Shown: one piece after another, positions 47,813-61,064 of the stretch
How the letters are laid out: each line of letters begins with the position of its first letter
How positions within the stretch are numbered: the first letter of the stretch is position 1
Assembly: GCA_964016885.1 (NCBI GenBank)
Contig: OZ024746.1
Span: forward strand, 70,432,001 to 70,496,000
DNA length: 64,000 nucleotides
Direction: 5' to 3'
Origin: Eledone cirrhosa
Taxonomy: Eukaryota
Program-made: the position numbers and the translations under genes
The notes under the pieces: generated by a model
The model's input: the letters and a program-made list of their open reading frames with translations, nothing else
Databases searched by the model: none
Told to the model about the DNA's origin: nothing

Positions 47813-48005
47813 ATCATCATCATCATCATCATCAACGTTTAACGTCCGTGTTCCACGCTTGCATGGGTTTGGACGGGGGTAGTCCCACTTGAGGCAAGAG
47901 TGATTGTCTTGCTCGCATAGGACTGTCTGGCAGGTTTTCTACAGTTGGATGCCCTTCCTAACACCAACCACATTTACAGTGTGGGTCTGGGAGGTTTTTA
48001 CCGTG
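47813..48005 (-). mobile_element. 5'-truncated RTE-tailed SINE/LINE end, unit-specific
   Basis: (CAT)n-aacgtttaacgtccg...ggatgcccttcctaacaccaacc. Absent at the paralogous sites ~36775 and ~63505. Confidence 0.75.
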
Positions 48006-48587
48006 TTACCGTATTTGCCAGACTATATATTAAATTATGTTTTGACGTTTATAGGTATTTTTGTGGGCTACGCCCATTATTTGCGCTTCTGAAACTCTTT
48101 ACGGGTGCTCTAGGGACATAAACCTCACTTATACAGTGGAACAACTGTATAAATATATATATATATATATATACATATATATGTGTACGCACATATATAT
48201 GTTTCTATACTTTTATATATATATATATGAAAATTATTGTCTATGGAATGGTGTTGGCCTCTAAAATTTCTGACAACACACTCACATCATTACCCCAAGT
48301 GATTGAAGGTGTCTGAACAACACACTAGAACAAGGACTGATTGCGTTACATAAAAGAAAGAAAATGTTAAGGCGTAAAACAAAAGCCACAGAAATTTCTT
48401 GCATAAATTAAAAATATTTCTAAGAAGCCAATGATCAAATATGAGCAAGATTTTAATTCCAACAAAAAAATGTATTAAATAAAATTAATGGTAAGCAATA
48501 TTTATAGTTTGTTGAATGTCTCGGCATTAACTTTTGATGTTGGTGTAGAATAAGTTATGACTTGTAAGAAGATAGATACATCACATT

Positions 48588-50669
48588 TCATATTTTAAAG
48601 TCTTCGGTCAAGTGTGTTTGTTTGAGTGTATTTAATTGACTGTTACAAACAAGAGATTTCCCACTTATTTCACAGTGGAAAGATTTCTCACCAGTGTGTG
48701 TTAGTTTGTGTTTATTTAAGTTACTGTTATGAAGAAAAGACTTCCCACATATTTCACAGTGAAAAGATCTCTCACCAGTGTGTGTTAGTTTGTGTCTATT
48801 TAAGTGACTGTTACGAACAAAAGATTTACCACATATTTCACAGTGGAAAGGTGTCTCACCAGTGTGTGTTAGTTTGTGTCTAGTCAAGTCACTTTTACAA
48901 ACAAAAGATTTTCCACATATTTCACAATAATATGGCTTCTCTCTAGTGTGTCTTCTCATGTGTACTATTAAATAACCATTATTCCCAAAGGATTTCCCAC
49001 ATATTTCACAATGGTGGGGTTTTTCTCCAGTGTGTGTTTGTTTGTGTGCTGCTAGACTGTTTTGAAGAAAAGATTTCCCACATATTTCACAGCGGAAAGG
49101 TTTCTCTCCAGTGTGTATTCTTTTGTGTGTGTTTAAGTGACTCTTACGAACAAAAGACTTCCCACATATTTCACAGTGGAAAGGTCTCTCTCCGGTGTGT
49201 GTTCTTGTGTGAATTGTTAACTCACTATTAGAGGCAAAAGATTTTCCACATATTTCACAGTGGAAAGATTTCTCACCAGTGTGTGTTAGTTTGTGTCTAT
49301 TTAAGCTACTGTTTTGAAGAAAAGACGTGCCACATATTTCACAGTGGAAAGATTTCTCACCAGTGTGTGTTAGTTTGTGTCTATTTAAGCCACTGTAATG
49401 AAGAAAAGACTTGCCACATATTTCACAGTGGAAAGGTTTCTCTCCAGTGTGTGTTCTTGTGTGAATTGTTAACTCTCTGTTAGAGGCAAAACACTTTCCA
49501 CATATTTCACAATGATAAGGCTTTTCTGCTGTGTGTCTTCTCATGTGTACTATTAAATGAGATTTAGTCACAAAGGATTTCCCACATATTTCACAATGGT
49601 AGGCTTTTTCTCCAGTGTGTGTTTGTTTGTGTACTGCTAAATGACTGTTACGAAAAAAAGACTTCCCGCATATTTCACAATGAAAAGGTCTCTCACCAGT
49701 GTGTGTTAGTTTGTGTCTATTTAAGTCACTCTTACGAAGAAAAGGCTTCCCACATATTTCACAGTAGCAAGATTTTTCACCAGTGTGTCTTAGTTTGTGT
49801 ATATATAAGCTACTGTTTTGAAGAAAAGACTTCCCACATGTTTCACAGTGGAAAGATCTCTCCCCGGTGTGTGTTCTTGTGTGACTTGTTAACTCACTGT
49901 TAGAGGCAAAAGATTTTCCACATATTTCACAATGATATGGCTTTTCTCCAGTATGTCTTCTCATGTGTAGTATTAAATAACCATTAGTCAAAAAGGATTT
50001 CCCACATATTTTACAATGGTAGGGTTTTTCTCCAGTATGTGTTTGTTTGTGTACTACTAAATAACTATTACAAAGAAAAGACTTCCCACATATTTCACAG
50101 TGGAAAGATTTTTCACCAGTGTGTGTTAGTTTGTGTATATTTAAGTGACTGCTATGAAGAAAAGACTTCCCACATATTTCACAGTGGAAAGATCTCTCAC
50201 CAGTGTGTGTTAGTTTGTGGCTATTTAAGTGACTGTTACAAACAAAAGATTTACCACATATTTCACAATGAAAAGGTCTCTCGCCAGTGTGTGTTCTTTT
50301 ATGTACTGTTAAATGGCTGTTAGTCACAAAAGAATTCCCACATGTTTCACAATGAAATGCTCTCTCTTCAGTGTGTCTACGAATGTGTTCAACAAGGTCA
50401 GATGTGTAAGGGGAAGATTTCCCACGTATTTCAGAGGACAACTGTTTTTCTATTGTGTGTGTGTCTTTGTGTGTGGATACGTCATCTTTTGTAGAGAAAG
50501 TTTTCCTACAAATCTCACAGCTGTATTCTGGAATATTCCTGTGTAAAGTTCCTTCTTCTGTACATATTTCACGCGATAAAGGTTTCTCATCACTGTATGT
50601 CTGTGTAACTGTATCTATATTGGTGGAAACTGGTGTGTTAGAAATGTTCAATTGTTTAACGTCCTCCAT
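48588..50669 (-). CDS. C2H2 zinc-finger protein, 693 aa (23 finger units, two degenerate, one with a one-codon deletion)
   Basis: Uninterrupted ORF, paralog of 24600-26600 with one extra finger. Confidence 0.92.
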   Translation of the reverse strand: MEDVKQLNISNTPVSTNIDTVTQTYSDEKPLSREICTEEGTLHRNIPEYSCEICRKTFSTKDDVSTHKDTHTIEKQLSSEIRGKSSPYTSDLVEHIRRHTEERAFHCETCGNSFVTNSHLTVHKRTHTGERPFHCEICGKSFVCNSHLNSHKLTHTGERSFHCEICGKSFLHSSHLNIHKLTHTGEKSFHCEICGKSFLCNSYLVVHKQTHTGEKPYHCKICGKSFLTNGYLILHMRRHTGEKPYHCEICGKSFASNSELTSHTRTHTGERSFHCETCGKSFLQNSSLYIHKLRHTGEKSCYCEICGKPFLRKSDLNRHKLTHTGERPFHCEICGKSFFRNSHLAVHKQTHTGEKAYHCEICGKSFVTKSHLIVHMRRHTAEKPYHCEICGKCFASNRELTIHTRTHTGEKPFHCEICGKSFLHYSGLNRHKLTHTGEKSFHCEICGTSFLQNSSLNRHKLTHTGEKSFHCEICGKSFASNSELTIHTRTHTGERPFHCEICGKSFVRKSHLNTHKRIHTGEKPFRCEICGKSFLQNSLAAHKQTHTGEKPHHCEICGKSFGNNGYLIVHMRRHTREKPYYCEICGKSFVCKSDLTRHKLTHTGETPFHCEICGKSFVRNSHLNRHKLTHTGERSFHCEICGKSFLHNSNLNKHKLTHTGEKSFHCEISGKSLVCNSQLNTLKQTHLTEDFKI

Positions 50670-51614
50670 AGCATTTCTTGAAGAATTCTTGAAAGTTGAG
50701 AAATATCTGTGATTATATTTTATTATTCTTCAATTTCTCGTAGCAAAGTAATTCCTCTCGAAGTGCTACATATATATTATTGTAAACAAAAAGACTTCAA
50801 ATTCAATGTTAGGAAATTTGGTTATGGTTAATGCATGCTATGTAGTCTAAAATATATATTGTCTATAAATGACTGGTAGCCGATGTTCTGGTAAAATAGA
50901 CGTTCTTCCACTAGATTGTAATGGAACTCTCGGTTGACACAACTGTAAAGTAAGAATAGATATGACAGTGTAAGACAGATGTCGGGGAAAGAAAATGTAT
51001 TGTATGTATATATATTTGTGGTGAGATGGCGGCGTTATGATCATGTGTTTATTTCTTTATGTTGACCTAATAAAATAAGTTTGTTTATCACAGAGTGTGG
51101 AAAAGTACACAATATCTGCTGTGTTGACAATACAAATAATACGTACTTTATATTTCAAATCCAAGTGTAAAGTCAAGAAAGCTAATTGTTGGTGATTTAA
51201 ACCTATTTCTTTCAGTCCTTTAAATAGTAGAAAAACCAATTGATGAAGTAGTGTAGTTTCTGATGAAATGAAATATGTAATCATGTAGATGCTGGAACAC
51301 CGATCCTGAAACATGTAGATCACCATATATTTACCACAAAATAGTAACATCCAACTTAACATTGGATAATTACAGGACAAATTATAATAATATCAATTAA
51401 AGTTATAATTAATATGAAAGGTAGCCGGTGACGTTGTTGATGCTTCACTATCCTGAAAGACATCGGTGTTATACGTTAAAAGTCCCTGACATAATGTAAT
51501 ACCGTCAGTTATGTTAGTATCCAACTCGTGGTAAAGGAAACAACAGCCATTAAAATTATTGCGATGCAGCAACGAGGTACTCTCTTACCTTGTTGCTTAT
51601 CCTGCTATGAATAA

Positions 51615-52080
51615 CTTCATATGCAAATGAGATTAATCACCTCATGTTTTCAAGTGCAGCAGTCGCAGAGCAGTGGGAGGGATCGTCTTGACGATGGCCA
51701 GTCAAGCCTGAAATGCATATAGGCGGATTGCCCCTTGCTTCTGCTGGACAACACCAGAGGGCGGTAGCTCCCCGGTGTTCGCATAGCTACGGCTTCCTAA
51801 AATCGTATTTCTTTCGAAATACGAAATTTCTATATATATTGTATAAAACGATGCTTGAAGTGGAATCCTATTTCTTTTCTATTATAAGTTGAGTCAACTT
51901 ATGCAGCGTCATATGCAAATGAGATTAATCACCTCATTTACACGGACGAGAAAACTATATGTTCTCGGCTGTTTTCAAGTCCAGCAGTCGCAGAGCAGTG
52001 GGAGGGATAGTCCTGACGACGGCCAGTCATGCCTGGAATGCATAGACGGTTGTCCCCCTTGCTTCTGATGGACAACACCA
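51615..52080 (+). mobile_element. Retrozyme-like repeat, family 1a, inverted arm missing and both cores mutated
   Basis: TTGACGA at ~51688 and GGAA in place of GAAA at ~52035. Confidence 0.7.
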
Positions 52081-53202
52081 TACCAACGTAGTCTTCTCTC
52101 AAGTAAACAGCATCTGATCCCTCTTATTCCTAATTTCTCACTTAGTTTATTTATGTTTTGCCGTTTGCGTATATTAGTATTACACATGCATCGGATCATG
52201 CATGCTTCGTTCCTCTCCAGTCTGCACAGCCCCTCTGCACACAATGCCCATGTCTCACTGCCATGTAACATTGCTGTTCGTATACAAGCATCATACAATC
52301 TGCCTTTCATTTTTAGAGAGAAACCTTTAGTGGCCAATAGTGGTATAAGCTCTCTGAACTTTTTCCATCCCGTTCTAACTCTGGCTACTGTACTATTAGA
52401 GCACCCTCCACCACTGCTTATTTTGTCACCCAGGTAACGGAAAGTGTCCACTATTTCTATAGAACCATCTGGGCAATAGAAAGAGCTAATATCCTGTGGG
52501 CACTTGCTACTTATTGCACCTGAGCAGCGGCCACATATAAAATTTACGTTCTTGGATAGCTTACCTGTGATCCCACCCATAGTTTGCATTTGGGACATAA
52601 AATGGAATTTCTGCCTAATCCTTTCCTATACACTGAGCATGGCCATTTCCCAGAGGGCACCTTTTCCCCTATTTTCCTTTCTACATACTAGAATTTTAGT
52701 CTTAGACAAGTTAACTTTAAGGCCTTTTAATTCTAGGCCATGCTTCCATGTTTGGAATTTCTTCTCTAGTTCAGCCATCGATTCAGCTATGAGAGTTAGA
52801 TCATCTGTGTATAGAAGTTACCATAGGCAGCCGGACTTGAACTCCTCTGTTATAGCCTGGAGGGCAATAATAATTACCTGACACAAACCCAAACTGCATT
52901 TCACCTCGATCAATTCTCTCTCTGATTAGTTGTGCTTTAACTCTTTCTGTAACCTTCATGACCTGGTCAACTAACTTAATGCCAATATAGTTTCCCCTAT
53001 CTAGGGCATCGCCTTTACCCTTGTAGCAGTTAATGATGATGCTGCTACGCCAGTCATTTGGTATGACCCATTCTGTATTACTATCTGGTTTACTATCCGG
53101 GTGACTATAGTATGTCCCACCATTCCAGATGTTTTCAACATCTCAGTAACTATCTCCGAAGGTCCAGCTGCCTTGCCTGTCTTCATATCTTTGATTGCTT
53201 TA
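52078..53202 (-). mobile_element. RTE subfamily A fragment
   Basis: ORFs 51975-52598 and 53001-53255. Confidence 0.85.
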
Positions 53203-53438
53203 CTAGCTGGCCCGTTCTGCTGCCCCCACCGCTCCACTGCAAAGATCCCACGCACCCTCCCGTGTCACATTGTCCTTCCGACTCTCTCTCTCGCTCTGAA
53301 TAACTAACACTTTAATTGTATCTCTCTCTGTCTAACGGCCTATCTCACTCTTTTCCCCTCCCTCTGTTTCTCTGTCTCTCTCTGTAGATGTATGTGTGTA
53401 GTTTTTCTAGTCTTTCTATACATCTCTCTCTTTCTCTG

Positions 53439-53475
<37 letters not shown>

Positions 53476-54515
53476 GTGTATATATTGAAAGGAGATACGG
53501 AAACTAAAACAGTTTTGTCATATAGAGAGTGAAGAGCAACAGAGAGAGTAAAGAAGTTAAATTATAGAGAGGGGAATGATCTTACATGCATACATACATA
53601 CATACATACATATAAAGTATAGATATGTGTGTGTATGTGTGTATGTGCATGTGTGTGTCTGTGTGTTTTGATTTGATGTTATCCGGCAATTGGCAAAATC
53701 AGGTGTGAATGTATGTGTATTTGAGTGTGTGTGTGTGTGTTACTTATGCAAGCAACGACAGAAAAAAGTGTGTGGGATAAATACATTATTATATTTGTCT
53801 CTATTTTCGTTCTGCAACCATTATATTATGATATTTGTATCCAAATGATTTTAGATGTATGTATTACCTCCTTGCCCGTCCCTCTGTCTCTCTTTCTCTG
53901 TCTCTCTTTCTTTAGATGTGTGTGTGTGTGTGTGTAGTTTTCCTAATCTGTCTTTTTCACTCTCTGTCTCTCTAAGAGGGTTGGCTTTTTATGTATGTAT
54001 TACCTGCTTGTTTGTTGACCGAATTTGAAGGAGGTTATCCTTTTGAAATAAACATACATACGACGCTCATCTCTATGTTGATATATGATATAAATAATGG
54101 GATTGATGAGTTAATATCTGTATACAACAATTACAACGGTACGCGATGGGGCCCACCCATAGCCCTGGCGGACAGAATGGAGAAGGCGTTTCCCCGGGGG
54201 ACGGCAAGGGAAACGCGCTGGAAAAACCACTCCAAATCGTGGGGCTCACACCTGCGGCCGGCCAGCTCAGCGCCTATGGTGGTGAGTAAGAAGGTAGACC
54301 TAGGGCCGAGAACACCAGAAGTCTCCACTGCCAGGGGTACGACCGCAAACCTATCGGAGAGCGACCGATATTTGAGGAGTTTGGCCCCTCAGCCCGACGT
54401 GAAGTAGGACCTGGGTATATATTGATATATTGAAGGTAGATACGGAAAGTAAAAGAGTGTAGTCATATAGAGAGTGAAGAGAGACAGAGAGTAAATCAGT
54501 TCAATTATAGAGTGT

Positions 54516-54561
<46 letters not shown>

Positions 54562-54775
54562 ACGCTCAGCTTTATAATATTAGAGTGAAAAGCGACAGAG
54601 AGGGTAAAGCAGTTAAATTATAGAGAGGGGGAATGATCTATTATAGAGAGAGGGAAGAGCGACGGAGTGAGTAAAGCTAAGAAACTATAGGGAGGTGTGT
54701 AGGATACATACATACATACATACATACATACATACATACATAATACACACGACACTCAGCTTTATAATATTATAG
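53203..54775 (-). mobile_element. Helitron-like non-autonomous element
   Basis: Paralog of 29392-31140, with CTAG at 53203-53206. Confidence 0.5.
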
Positions 54776-54840
54776 ATATATATATATATATTATATATAT
54801 ATATAATAACCCATGCTAGTGTGGAAGATGGACGTTAAAA

Positions 54841-54883
<43 letters not shown>

Positions 54884-54977
54884 ACATATAGTAATAATAA
54901 TAAATTTGAAGACTAAAATCCAAAGAGGGCTCGATAAGGATAAATATATATATCAAATATATAAGAAACCTAGAGCA

Positions 54978-55271
54978 AATATTTATTAAAATAACAGATT
55001 AAAGTTTAAGCCAAGAATCGCTGCTTTCACCCTTAACGGAATCTTCTGAAACTAAAAAAATCAATCTGTGAACGCAGAAGTAAATATTTCGAAAAATGTT
55101 GCAACCGAAGGAAAACATTAAGACGTTCCCTGGCAATGAACGGAAAAAAGCGTTTATCGAAATATTTACTTCTGCGTTCACAAATTGATATTTTTAGTTT
55201 CAGAAGATCCCGTTAAGGGTGAAAGCAGTGATTCTTTGCTTAACCTTTAATCTGTTATTTTAATAAATATA
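54978..55271. repeat. Palindromic element with CAGAAGA hammerhead-fold arms
   Basis: Paralog of 31307-31597; motif at 55196-55246. Confidence 0.85.
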
Positions 55272-55747
55272 TTACATATATATATTTTATATATAGAGAG
55301 AGAGATTTATATATATAAGTTTCAATCGGGGGTAACCACAGTAAGTAAGGTACTCAATACAAAGCAAAGTATAAATATTTATATAAAAAGCCTTCTGCAG
55401 GACTAGAACTGTTTCTTTCGGGAGAAATCATCAGGACGCTAACTTTCCAAGTAATAAGGTGGTATTTATATTTTTCTTGTGGTAGTAGAGGATGGGTGGA
55501 GGTCATTGGTTGATGGGTTTAAAGAAAATGGCATTCTTTAAAAACTATATTTAGAGTAACAAAGGCAGAAAGAATTCAAACTGGGGGTGCCACTCCTGAT
55601 TTTTAAGGTTCACTTAAGCTAACAATGGCTATGGTCAGTAGTCTACAAACACACATATAAGCCCTCACTCCCTCACACTCACACAAACACACTCTCTTAT
55701 ACTTATATATAAATATATACATATGTATATATATATATATATATACA

Positions 55748-57151
55748 TAAGAGAGTATTGAAGTTTGCTTGAAGCATTGTGGAATAATAAGGTAAATTTC
55801 TTTAAGTCGTTTGGAAGCCTCGACAATGCAGATGGGTATATCTCCGGGTAACAAGATCTGGTGGTGGAGAGAGAGATGTAAGTGGGTGTACGTTGAGATG
55901 CGTGGCGTGTAGAAGAATGTAGCGTGTAGAAGAATGTAGGGACCCGACCTGAAGGTCAGGCCCATTGCATCGAGCGTGGAAGGACCGCTCTACAAATTTC
56001 ATGGCTCCTAGCCAGAATACTCAAACCCATCTTAGACACCTTGCCGGGACACGTTAACAGCTCCGAGGAGGTGTTGAAGCGCCTGCATCAAATGGATCCC
56101 GACACCAGAAAGGATAACAGATATGCCTTCAGCCTTGATGTAGTCGCTCTCTACACCTCGGTCCCGGCACTCCCGGCCGTTAATATACTGATGGAACGCG
56201 TCCAATCCACCGACCTACACTGCTTCGGGCTCACCACCACTGACATCCACCAACTCCTATCCATCGTCGTCGACAACACCTACTTCGGATTCCTTGACCA
56301 AACATACCAGCAAACCTCGGGACTGCCCATGGGATCAAGCCTGTCGGGTGTGCTAGCGATCTCTTACATGGACAGCCTCGAGCGCAAGGCACTCAACCCT
56401 TGCCACCCCAACGGCGTCGCCATTTTCTCAAGGTACGTGGACGATATCCTCATCCTCACATCTTCCCAAGACATGGCGAACAGAATCTATGAGACGTTCA
56501 CCAACACGGACGAGAACAACGACTTCAGTGTTGAACACCCCAACGACGAAGGGTCACTTGCCCTCCTCGACTTACGAATCAACAACACGGAACAGGGAGG
56601 GATCCACTGCAACTTCTACCGAAAGGCAGCCTGCGGGAACCTGTTCGTCCACTACAAGTCCGCCCTCAAGCGAGACACCAACACACGCACACACACAGTA
56701 ACATTCACCAAACAGGCAGAGAATACTATAGACTGACAGCTAGAGCCACCCCACTCCCACAATTGAAAGAACTATTTCGGCCGCTGACCTCTGCTTGGCC
56801 GACCCATTTCACGCGCACGCGCGCTCTGCTGAATACCTCAGATATTCAAAACAACGAACAGCGGAGGACACGTTTCGCACCTTTCCGAAAGACAAACTCC
56901 CCCGGAAAAAACCCTCAGTTGATGGATGTGAATCCGAAATATATAGGGACAATTAAATATCTCCCAAGGAAACTCTATCTCGTGTTATTATATTTATTTT
57001 TATCCTTTACGCTCTTTCAGTCATTCTTCTACACGCCACGCATCTCAACGTACACCCACTTACATCTCTCTCTCCACCACCGGATCTTGTTACCCGGACA
57101 TTTACTCATCTACCATTGTCGAGGCTTCCAAACTACTTAAAGAAATTTACC

Positions 57152-57152
<1 letters not shown>
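55748..57152 (+). mobile_element. Penelope-like element: inverted partial LTR, RT fragment (~55940-56675) and family 2 LTR
   Basis: FSLDVVALYTSVP, GLPMGSSLSGVLA, RYVDDILI, LALLDL, FYRK. The inverted-LTR layout is typical of Penelope-like elements. Confidence 0.85.
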
Positions 57153-57209
<57 letters not shown>

Positions 57210-57211
<2 letters not shown>

Positions 57212-58320
57212 TATATTTCTTTAGGACGTTTTGGAAGCCTCAACAATGCAGATGGGTAAATCTCTGGGTAACAAGATCCGGTGGTGGAGAGAGAGATGTA
57301 AGTGAATGTAGGTTGAGATGTGTAGTGTGTAGAAGAATGTAGGAAAGAGCGTAAAGGATAAAAATAATAACACGAGATAGAGTTACCTTTGGAGAGATTT
57401 AATTGTCCCTGTATATTTCGGATTCACATCCATCGACTGGGGGAGGGGGTGGTGGAAAGGTGCGAAACGTGTCCTCCGCTGTTCGTTGTTTTGAATATCT
57501 GAGGTATTCAGCAGAGCGCGCGTGCGCGTGAAATGTGGTCGGTCAAGCAGAGGTCGGCGGCCGAAATAATTAACCGATGCGAGAGAAGCGAAATGAGGTA
57601 GTTGGTTTAAGTAAACAAATGATGCAGCAACACACGCACACACACACACACACAAGCGAGACAGTAACACACGCACACACACACAGTGGCATTCCACCAT
57701 ACGAACATACTACACTGCTAATACAGACGAACGAGGCAACAACACACGCGCACACACACTCAAGTGAGACAACAACAACACAGTAACGTTCACCAAACAG
57801 GCAGAGAATACTATCACAACCACACACTATTCAACAGGGCAGATAATACAATGGACTGACAGCTAACGCCACCCCACTCCCACAATTGAAAGAACTATTT
57901 CGGCCGCCGACCTCTGCTTGACCGACCCCATTTCACGCAGACGCGCGTTCTGCTCTGCTAAATACCTCAGATATTCAAAATAACGAACAGCGGAGGACAC
58001 GTTTCGCACCTTTCCAACAGACAACCTTTCCACCCCCCGGAACCCACCCCAGTTGATGGATGTGAATCCGAAATATATAGGGACAATTAAATCTCTCCCA
58101 AGGCAACTCTATCTCGTGTTATTATTTTTATCCTTTACGCTCTTTCCTACATTCTTCTACACACTACACATCTCAACCTACATTCACTTACATCTCTCTC
58201 TCCACCACCGGATCTTGTTACCCGGAGATTTACCCATCTGCATTGTTGAGGCTTCCAAAACGGCCTAAAGAAATATACCTTATTATTCCACAATGCTTCA
58301 AGCAAACTTCAATACTCTCT
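57210..58320. repeat. Inverted pair of family 2 pseudo-LTR repeats
   Basis: Paralog of 32170-33262. Confidence 0.75.
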
Positions 58321-58343
58321 TATATATATATATATGTTTGTGT

Positions 58344-59927
58344 ATGACAACACTACTTACAGCCACTTGGCACATAACGCTATTACCCCTAAATATAAGA
58401 AGGCTAACCCTATGGCCTACCACGACATTAGTACTGAAGCCAAAGACCTTGCTGCTGCCCTTAAGGTAGATAAGCGTGAAGCGTTTCTCACCCTGAAGGA
58501 TGACAAGGTAGACTTTGCTTCCAATCCCACATGTAGACTACTATACCCGGCACGCACAGAAATGGGACTAGGCAGTAAGGCTATATTTAGAAACATAGTT
58601 AAGACCATTAGGACCAAGTCCAACCTGTCCCAGTGGGAAAACAGCCACTCAGTCATTAAGTGGTTTAACTCCTTCAACTCCAAAAAAGCGAAGTTCACGC
58701 AATTCGACATTGTAGATTTATACCTGTCGATCTCATAGACCCTATTAAACAAGGTGTTGGACTTTGCTACCACTTACACTACCGTCCATCTTTTAGACAG
58801 GGAGATCATCGCACATTGCCGGAAAATACTCCTCTTCAACAACGGAGTAGCCTGGGCAAAGAAGTCAACCACTTCACAACTTTTCAACGTCTCCATTGGA
58901 TCGTTTGACGGTGCTGACATATGCGACTTGGTTGGCCTATTCATTTTAGACATATTACGTGTTAGATTCCCGGACTTCCACACGGGAATATACCACAACG
59001 ATGGCCTGACCATATCGAGCCATAAAAGTGCTCCCGACCTGGACCAGTTTAAAACAGACTTAACTTCTACCTTTAATGAGTTAGGACTTAGGATAGCAGT
59101 AGCTACCAACCTCTCTAGCATAGATTTCTTAAACATTTATTTAGACCTTCGCACACATACCTTCTGACCCTTCCATAAGTTACACGAAAAACTTCATTAC
59201 ATACACATGGACTCATGCCACCACCCTACTGTTTTTAGAAACTTCGTAAATAATATCAGTACTAGAATCTCTAACCTCTCCTCTAATAAAGCTATCTTTG
59301 ACAGAGTGGCATCCTACTATAACACGGTGTTAACTAACAGCAGCTTCGCGCAACCAATTACTTACTCCCCCACTAACAACAACAGCAATAAGAAAAGAAA
59401 TCGTAACAATAGACAAACTATCTGGTTCTCTCCTCCCTTCTCACTCAACGTTAAAACTAATGGAGGAAAAAATTGTTTAGCCCTCTTAGATAAACACTTT
59501 CCCATAGGACACAAATACCGCTGAAGGCCCACATCACCAACAGTCCTAAGAGCGACACACCACCATGATGTTCTTGCCGAAAGCCTGAAGCTTGTCCCGT
59601 TCAACAGCAATGCAACACACCTGCTGTAGTTTATGAAGCTGTGGTCACTTCCAACTGACCAAATCCTATGTGGGTATGGCGGTGGGCCGATTTAAGGAAC
59701 ACTTCCTGAACCATCAGTCGACCATTAGGTACCCGGACAAACGATCAGCCACGAAACTCGCGAGCCCCGTACTGTCCCTCAAGAACTCAGGTATAGACTA
59801 CTCCATTCAATGGAAAGCCATCACTAAGTCCAAGCCATACGCTAAGGGCAATCTGTCGTGTGGACTGTGCATTGAAGAAAGGATAAATATTCTAAAGAGA
59901 TTACACAATAGCGTAATTAGAGAATAA
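58344..59927 (+). mobile_element. Penelope-like element (RT plus GIY-YIG), decayed
   Basis: Paralog of 33318-34922. Confidence 0.88.
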
Positions 59928-59949
59928 ATTCTGACTATGGAAACATCAG

Positions 59950-60855
59950 TTAGAATCAAGAGGACTGAGAGTGAATATAGCTAAGACAAAAGTGTTGATA
60001 AGTAGAAGAGAGGACAATACTCTGATTCCATCAGCGAAATCGCCATGTTCGATATCTAGAAAAGGAACTGGCATAAATTCCATAAAATGTACGCAATGCA
60101 GATCTTGGGTACGGAAGAGATGTAGTGGGATAACAGGCAAACTAACAGGTAGGGAAAACTACGTATGCTGTAGATGTACAGGGAAAATTGGCAGTAGTAA
60201 TCGCAGTGATAGACACATTTTTCCAATGCAGGTGGTTCTATAGGAGGGGTTGATAGCTTCCGGTACCTAGGTGATCAGATTAGCATGGGATGAGGGGTGT
60301 TCCGAGGCCATAGTATCTAGAATAAGGACGGGTTGGAAGAAGTTTAGAGAGCTGCTACCTCTGTTGACAAAGCAGGGTTTCTCCCTGTGTATGAAAAGAC
60401 GGTTATATGATGCCTGTGTGAGATGCGCGATGCTGCATGGTAGTGAGACATGGGCAGCAACTGCAGAGGATATGCAACGGCTGGAGAGAAATGAAGCAAG
60501 CATGCTCCGTTGGATGTGCAATGTCAATGTGCATGAACGACCAAGCATAGATGAGTTGAGAAAGAAACTGGGTATAAGAGGGATAAGTTGTGGTGTGCAG
60601 GAGAGAAGACAGAGATGGTATGGACATGTGAAGAAGTGCGAAGAAATCCCAGTAGAAGGAAGATGCAGTAGAGGAAGATGCAGTAGAGAAAAACATGGGC
60701 GGAGGTGGTGAGAGCAGACCTCTGATAGCTGAAGCTCATGGAGGAGATGACGAAGGACTGTGACAAGTGGAGAAATGATCTGCTGAATAGGATTCATCCC
60801 ACGCTTGCAAGCAGGGAAAAGTGGACGTAAAATGATGTTGATGAGGATGATGATA
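59950..60855 (+). mobile_element. RTE subfamily B 3' fragment
   Basis: ORFs 59971-60243 and 60271-60711; (GAT)n tail. Confidence 0.88.
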
Positions 60856-61064
60856 TGTATATATATATATATATATATATTTATAAGAATTAAAATACTA
60901 GAGTGTGTTGGAGTTAAACACCCTCTTCATATTATAGAAATGATAGTATAAGATATAGCTCAATGTAATTAAACAGAGCTGAAGAATTATATAAATATAT
61001 AAAATAAATATATATATAAATAAATATATATATAATTATATAAAATAAATATATATATATATAT

